Shown here: positions 59,103-64,000 of the stretch, one piece after another
Position numbering within the stretch: the first letter of the stretch is position 1
How the letters are laid out: each line of letters starts with the position of its first letter
Assembly (NCBI GenBank): GCA_963707655.1
Contig: OY970172.1
Span: 608,001 to 672,000, forward strand
From: an uncultured bacterium
GTDB lineage: Bacteria; Babelota; Babeliae; Babelales; Vermiphilaceae
DNA length: 64,000 nucleotides
Direction of reading: 5' to 3'
Position numbers and translations under genes: made by a program
Notes under the pieces: generated by a model
What the model was told of the DNA's origin: nothing
Database searches by the model: none
The model's input: the letters and a program-made list of their open reading frames with translations, nothing else

Positions 59103-61302
59103 AGAGTGGCCCAACCGATATTCCCTCAGCGTTTCTTCCTGCCGCTTGCTGACCAAGCGCGATTATAACATCGATGAATTCGCGTGGTTTAATGCCTATT
59201 TCTGCCGCTTGGTGAAAAATACAGGTTGCGGGAGTCATGCCGGGCAATGTGTTGATTTCCAGAATCACTACCCGCTCCGTTCCCGTTTTGCTTTGCTGCG
59301 CATTTTGATAAAAGCAGTCAATGCGCGCATATCCTTTGCATCCCAAAGTTTCATACACCGCTTCCATTGTTCGCTGCACAAGAGCAATTGCTGCCGATGG
59401 TAATGGTGCCGGCGTCTGGTTTTCGCCTGCACCGGGCAAAAATTTTTCTTGAATAGAAAGCACGTCTTTTGTTGTTATGGTTTGACTTGGCGGTAATGCA
59501 TGCGCTCTCGCGTTGCCAATAACCCCAACGGTAAGCTCCATACCAACAATATATTCCTCAACAAGTGCATGCTCTTTATTATTCTCAAAGATACAGCTGA
59601 GTGCCTGTAGTAACTGTTGCTCACTGCTTATTTTTTGTACCATAACACTGCAACCGTCATCGTGCGGTTTGACAATTAAGGGGAAGGGAATCTGTTCTGT
59701 AATTTTTTTAGCCATCATTACTTGATCTAATTGCCATTCATGTTTGGCGATAAGTATATGACCCGGAACATTAAATCCTTTATTTTTCAAAAACACGTTG
59801 GTTTTAAATTTATCCATACATAAAGCGCTGGTAAGAACCCCAGAGCCGTTGTAGGCAAGACCAAGCATTTCTAAAGTTCCCTGAACACAGCCATTTTCAC
59901 CCTGGCCACCGTGCAGCGCAATAAACACAAAATCAGCTATTTCAGGCAATCTGCCCCAGGCTACGCGTGATGAAGGCTCTATGAGCTGTTCAATTTCTGC
60001 TGTTGAACTGCGCACCAATAAACGTTGTGTTATATGATACAGCTCTGAGTCTTTGTTTAAAAACAGAGGAAGAACAGTATATTTTTCGCTCGACAATTTA
60101 TACACAATGTTGCGCCCAGATTCCAATGAAATCTCTTTTTCATTTGATGTGCCGCCCATTAAAACAGCAACTCGCATTTTTTGTGTCGGCATCAGATCTT
60201 CCTGTTCTTTTTTATTATTTACCTGCTCAAGCATGCCATACTGCTCAAGAGATGATTGAATAAGGTGGTTGATCAGCTGAGGATGACTCATCCCCTCTTC
60301 TGCCGCCTCCCGAAAGACAAAGCTTGATGGTGAAAGACCTGAGAAGCTATTGGGGTCAATAATTATTACTTCATGCTCTTTGGTTAAAAAACCATCAATA
60401 CGAGAAAGAGTGCGCATGCCCAGAATTTCAGTTGCCTGAATACAGGCTTCTTTAATTTTTGCTCTATTTTCTTGCGAACAGCGAGCCGGCGTGAATTCAA
60501 CTGCTTTTCCGGGCATGTATTTTTGTTCATAATCAAAAATAGTATTCTCTTGCTGATGAACCACTTCTGTGGGAGACAAGGCAAAGAAAGATTTTTTCGT
60601 GTAATCATACAAACTCACACATGAAAATTCCATACCTTCAATTTTTTCTTCGATCAACACCTCTTGCTGCCCGTTCGGCGATATGGCAGATGCATAACAA
60701 AGCGCATCATATAAATCATCTTCCTGCAATACAATGCGCACTCCCAAGCTTGAGCCTTCATGGCACGGTTTGACTACATAGGGTGCTCGTATTTTTTTTT
60801 GCGCAAGATCTGCCAAAATTGTTTGCTTGTGCTGTTCAAAATTGTTGATGCGCTCAACAGTAAGAGTTATCCCTCGTGCAACGCGAATGCCATGCATAGA
60901 GAGAATATCTTTTTGCATACTTTTATTCATGCCCAAAGCACTTGCCAACACTCCCGAGCCCAGATAGGGGATGCGCAACAGTTCGAGAAATCCTTGCAGT
61001 CGCCCATCTTCAGCAAATTGCCCATGCATTGCAATAAAAACAAAATCGACACATCTCTTTAAATCATCCCATATTATTTTTTGGGCCTCTTTTTCAAGTC
61101 GATGTTCAAAATCAGTTATTTTGCCTCTGTGGAGAAAATGCCAGGGCAACACGTATAGCGTACCGTGTAAAGATTGAAATAATGGAACAATGTCGTAGCA
61201 ATGAGTATCAAGATGGTCACATACCGTGCGACCGGAATTGAAAGAGACTTCTCTTTCAATTGATGTTCCACCCATTAATATGCCAACACGCAGTTTTTTC
61301 AT
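59062..61302 (-). CDS. ddl: D-alanine-D-alanine ligase, tandem double-domain (746 aa)
   Basis: Two copies of GGTSxExExSxxSG, HGxxxExG, GSGVLxSAL, KP, RID. Confidence 0.9.
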   Translation of the reverse strand: MKKLRVGILMGGTSIEREVSFNSGRTVCDHLDTHCYDIVPLFQSLHGTLYVLPWHFLHRGKITDFEHRLEKEAQKIIWDDLKRCVDFVFIAMHGQFAEDGRLQGFLELLRIPYLGSGVLASALGMNKSMQKDILSMHGIRVARGITLTVERINNFEQHKQTILADLAQKKIRAPYVVKPCHEGSSLGVRIVLQEDDLYDALCYASAISPNGQQEVLIEEKIEGMEFSCVSLYDYTKKSFFALSPTEVVHQQENTIFDYEQKYMPGKAVEFTPARCSQENRAKIKEACIQATEILGMRTLSRIDGFLTKEHEVIIIDPNSFSGLSPSSFVFREAAEEGMSHPQLINHLIQSSLEQYGMLEQVNNKKEQEDLMPTQKMRVAVLMGGTSNEKEISLESGRNIVYKLSSEKYTVLPLFLNKDSELYHITQRLLVRSSTAEIEQLIEPSSRVAWGRLPEIADFVFIALHGGQGENGCVQGTLEMLGLAYNGSGVLTSALCMDKFKTNVFLKNKGFNVPGHILIAKHEWQLDQVMMAKKITEQIPFPLIVKPHDDGCSVMVQKISSEQQLLQALSCIFENNKEHALVEEYIVGMELTVGVIGNARAHALPPSQTITTKDVLSIQEKFLPGAGENQTPAPLPSAAIALVQRTMEAVYETLGCKGYARIDCFYQNAQQSKTGTERVVILEINTLPGMTPATCIFHQAAEIGIKPREFIDVIIALGQQAAGRNAEGISVGPLFNDLVKDKQPEQS

Positions 61303-61455
61303 AGCTATTTTTTAATCCCCCTGCTAAATACTCAGTTAAGAATAACAGGCTGTTGATATGAGTAAAGAGTAAAAAGTAAAATATGTTATATTATGTGATA
61401 TGATGACTAGCGCATCCCATTACTTATACATCTTATCAAAGATCGGTGCATCTGC

Positions 61456-61962
61456 ATGAAAACGTATCAATTTTTCTGTTTTGTTATTTGTTTGATGATA
61501 CAACACAATGTGTGGTGCATGGATAATCAGATCGGGCCAATGCTAACCGGCCAAGAAATTAACACTATGCTGACCGCCCTTGGAACAAATTCTTGGCACG
61601 ACAAAGAATGGATCTCTGTTATGAAAAAGCACTCGTGGGCATTGGCAAGTAGAGTGAATAGAGATGGAACCATTGAAAAGAAACACTTGGATCTTTTGAA
61701 AACATCACTACAACGGGCCGGTGATGACTTGCTGCGCATTAAGATTGGTATTAAATTGTTGACTCAAATCGTGAATCACGGGGATACCATTCAACAACAA
61801 ATTGCAACCAAAGATTTTGCCGCATTGCATGATGTATTGAATGATCTGCATGTTCCCGGCAGTGCCAAAAAACTGTATCAAGAAAGACACGTCACTTTTA
61901 TAGTTGAAGAAGAGGAATCAAGCGATGAACAAAGAACAGAACCTGGTCTGGATCGATCTTGA
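61456..61962 (+). CDS. Hypothetical secreted protein
   Basis: Signal peptide ending VWC-MDN. Confidence 0.6.
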   Translation: MKTYQFFCFVICLMIQHNVWCMDNQIGPMLTGQEINTMLTALGTNSWHDKEWISVMKKHSWALASRVNRDGTIEKKHLDLLKTSLQRAGDDLLRIKIGIKLLTQIVNHGDTIQQQIATKDFAALHDVLNDLHVPGSAKKLYQERHVTFIVEEEESSDEQRTEPGLDRS

Positions 61963-62473
61963 AATGACCGGGCTTGATCCGGAACAAGATAAAATTTTAG
62001 AAATTGCGACTATTATTACCGACGGACAGTTACAAGAAATTGCGCAAGGGCCGGTCATAACTATTGCATGCGAAGAATCGATTTTAAGTACCATGAATGA
62101 TTGGGTAACCAAGACACACACAAAATCTGGCTTGCTTGATCAAGTCCGGGCCTCTCGAATTAGCAGTGCACAAGCAGAAGAAGAAACATTGGCATTCATT
62201 GCTGCACATTGCATAGAAAATAAAGCTATCTTGGCAGGCAATTCGATATGGCAAGATAAATATTTTCTGATGAAGCATATGCCAAAGATTGTTGCGTATC
62301 TCAACTACCGTTTGATCGATGTGAGTTCAGTAAAAGAGATTGTTCGTCGCTGGTATCCGAACAATGAAAAAAGCTTCTTCCCAAAACCCAACGCTCATCG
62401 CGCGCTGGCTGACATTCGCGAATCTATTGAAGAGCTTAAACATTATAGAACTTATTTCTTTGTCAAACCGTGA
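61925..62473 (+). CDS. orn: Oligoribonuclease
   Basis: LVWIDLEMTGL, H.KSGL, AGNSI, IDVSSVKE, HRALADIRES. Confidence 0.96.
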   Translation: MNKEQNLVWIDLEMTGLDPEQDKILEIATIITDGQLQEIAQGPVITIACEESILSTMNDWVTKTHTKSGLLDQVRASRISSAQAEEETLAFIAAHCIENKAILAGNSIWQDKYFLMKHMPKIVAYLNYRLIDVSSVKEIVRRWYPNNEKSFFPKPNAHRALADIRESIEELKHYRTYFFVKP

Positions 62474-63054
62474 AAATAGCCTCAAAGCACGTTGGCCATG
62501 GAGATGGAGAAAACATGAACAATATAGACACTACACATCACTCATTCTTGCCAGGAGAACTTGTTACCTTATCTCCTTTGCAAGAAATTCACATAGAAAA
62601 TTATCTCTCTTCTTTTTCTTCAACAGTTATGGCGGCGCTTCATGTGAGCACTCTGCAAGCCGAGCGCGACTATCTACAGAGCTGTTTACAAGAAATGCAT
62701 GAGGAGAAAACCTTTTTTTATCTTATTCACCATGCTGGCGACCAAAAGTTGATTGGTGCCATTGCTATCCGCGATCCGCAAAAATACCCCGGGCAGCTGT
62801 ATAGTTGGCTCAATGAAAACTACTGGGGCGGTGGGCGATATCAGGAAGCATTAGCATTAATTACCCAATTCTATTTTGCTCGCACCCAGGCTCTTTTTAT
62901 AACGGCACAGGTTGATATTACCAATACACGAAGCCACCGTGCGCTTAAAAAATATGGCTTCGCCGATAGCGGTATTTCTCAAGGACCTTATGGCAAGCAA
63001 TTTGAACTCATTTTGCGCAATAAGACTCGGGTCTTGCCTGGAGATAAAGTTTAA
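62470..63054 (+). CDS. GNAT (RimJ/RimL-like) acetyltransferase
   Basis: WLNENYWGGG, NTRSHRALKKYGF. Confidence 0.8.
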   Translation: MKIASKHVGHGDGENMNNIDTTHHSFLPGELVTLSPLQEIHIENYLSSFSSTVMAALHVSTLQAERDYLQSCLQEMHEEKTFFYLIHHAGDQKLIGAIAIRDPQKYPGQLYSWLNENYWGGGRYQEALALITQFYFARTQALFITAQVDITNTRSHRALKKYGFADSGISQGPYGKQFELILRNKTRVLPGDKV

Positions 63055-63125
63055 AAAATGATACAATAGTCTTTAAGTAACGCCACTTTTTACGTTTCTA
63101 CAACGTCTACACTTCTGGGGGTTTC

Positions 63126-63913
63126 ATGGTTCGTTTTAAGCGCAAAAATTATTCTTCATCACTCAATGGCCGCCCGCTTCTTGATGCAGTAATTCTTAAA
63201 GATCGCTCATCCATTGATTTCGCTCAATTTCCTTTTTCTCTTCCGATTATCAAAAATTTAACGAAGATTCATTTTCCTACCCAGGTTACCTTTTTTGTCG
63301 GTGAAAATGGCGCAGGAAAATCAACTCCGCTTGAAACTATCGCCACCCATGTTGGCTATGGAGCAGAAGGAGGGGGCAAAAATATTGCCTTTAAAACAGC
63401 TGAGGAAAGCACCTATACAATTTCTCAACAATTCGCCGAGCATTTGACCCTTTCATGGAATCAAAAACCCAGAGACGGTTACTTTTTAGGGCAGAAAGTT
63501 TTTATAATGTGGCGAGCAAAATTGATGCTATAGGAGATGGCGTGCTCGATTTTTATCATGGCAAGTCGCTTCATCATCAATCACATGGGGAAAGCTTTTT
63601 TGCATTCTTTCAAAACCGCATGCGCAAAGACCAGGGATTCTTCATTTTAGACGAACCTGAAGCGGCACTTTCACCACAACGTCAACTATCACTCCTGGTT
63701 CTCATTCATGAGCTATGCAAAGATTCAAGCGCGCAGTTCATCATCGCTACCCATTCACCAATTTTGCTTGCGTGCCCCAACGCAACTATTTATTCATGCG
63801 ATACCGGGGCGCTCACGCAAATTGCCTACAAAGATACGGATCATTATAAAATTACCAAACAATTTCTTGATAATCATGAGCATTACTTGAAGCATTTGTT
63901 ACGTGATGATTAA
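63126..63913 (+). pseudogene. Predicted ABC/AAA-type ATPase (COG3910-like) split by a frameshift
   Basis: FFVGENGAGKST in ORF1; RAESFY, SHGESF, LDEPEAALSP, ATHSPI in ORF2; frame break at T5 run 63483-63487. Confidence 0.7.
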
Positions 63914-64000
63914 TCCCCGCTGTTTGCCGCTCATTCGAGCTAATGTTATTTTTCGAAAAATAAAGAAATTTCAACAATATTGATTCGCGGTAGTCATCAC

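Noticed and set aside
299..63890. Numerous 60-160 aa ORFs antisense to or nested in identified genes (e.g. 16680-17162, 44391-44870, 56591-56980)
   Set aside because: Shadow ORFs overlapping well-supported genes, with no motifs
1..64000. CRISPR array, rRNA, tRNA, IS/transposase, prophage
   Set aside because: No regularly spaced repeats, cloverleaf motifs or transposase, integrase or phage motifs recognised by eye

Overview
Gene-dense, AT-rich bacterial chromosomal window with no rRNA, tRNA, CRISPR array or transposase recognised. Housekeeping genes (rpsU, rbfA, tsaC, atpB/atpE, tmk, holB, murB, mraY, ddl, dnaG, a frameshifted rpoD, lgt, mnmG, tgt, orn) are interspersed with many orphan signal-peptide proteins, ankyrin proteins and paralog expansions. 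This pattern suggests a host-dependent intracellular bacterium such as Candidatus Dependentiae/Babelota (TM6), which is an inference. Main highlights: (1) three pentameric ligand-gated ion channel (Pro-loop/GLIC-like) homologues, one Cache-fused and placed right after atpE; (2) a four-hairpin fused ATP synthase c subunit with E/Q/E/D at the ion-binding positions; (3) a ~50-bp palindromic element found once between genes and once in-frame inside a signal-peptide region; (4) a candidate sRNA carrying a 13-nt perfect antisense match to the RBS of a secreted-protein gene; (5) a four-member family with EreA/ChaN/TraB/RRSP-like metal-site motifs; (6) predicted mature N-termini of secreted orphans biased to MD/SE/SD/AE; (7) a tandem double Ddl, a Chlamydia-type queuine-salvage pair and an array of three small paralogs resembling orphan immunity proteins. 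All product calls come from motif recognition by eye; no searches were run.
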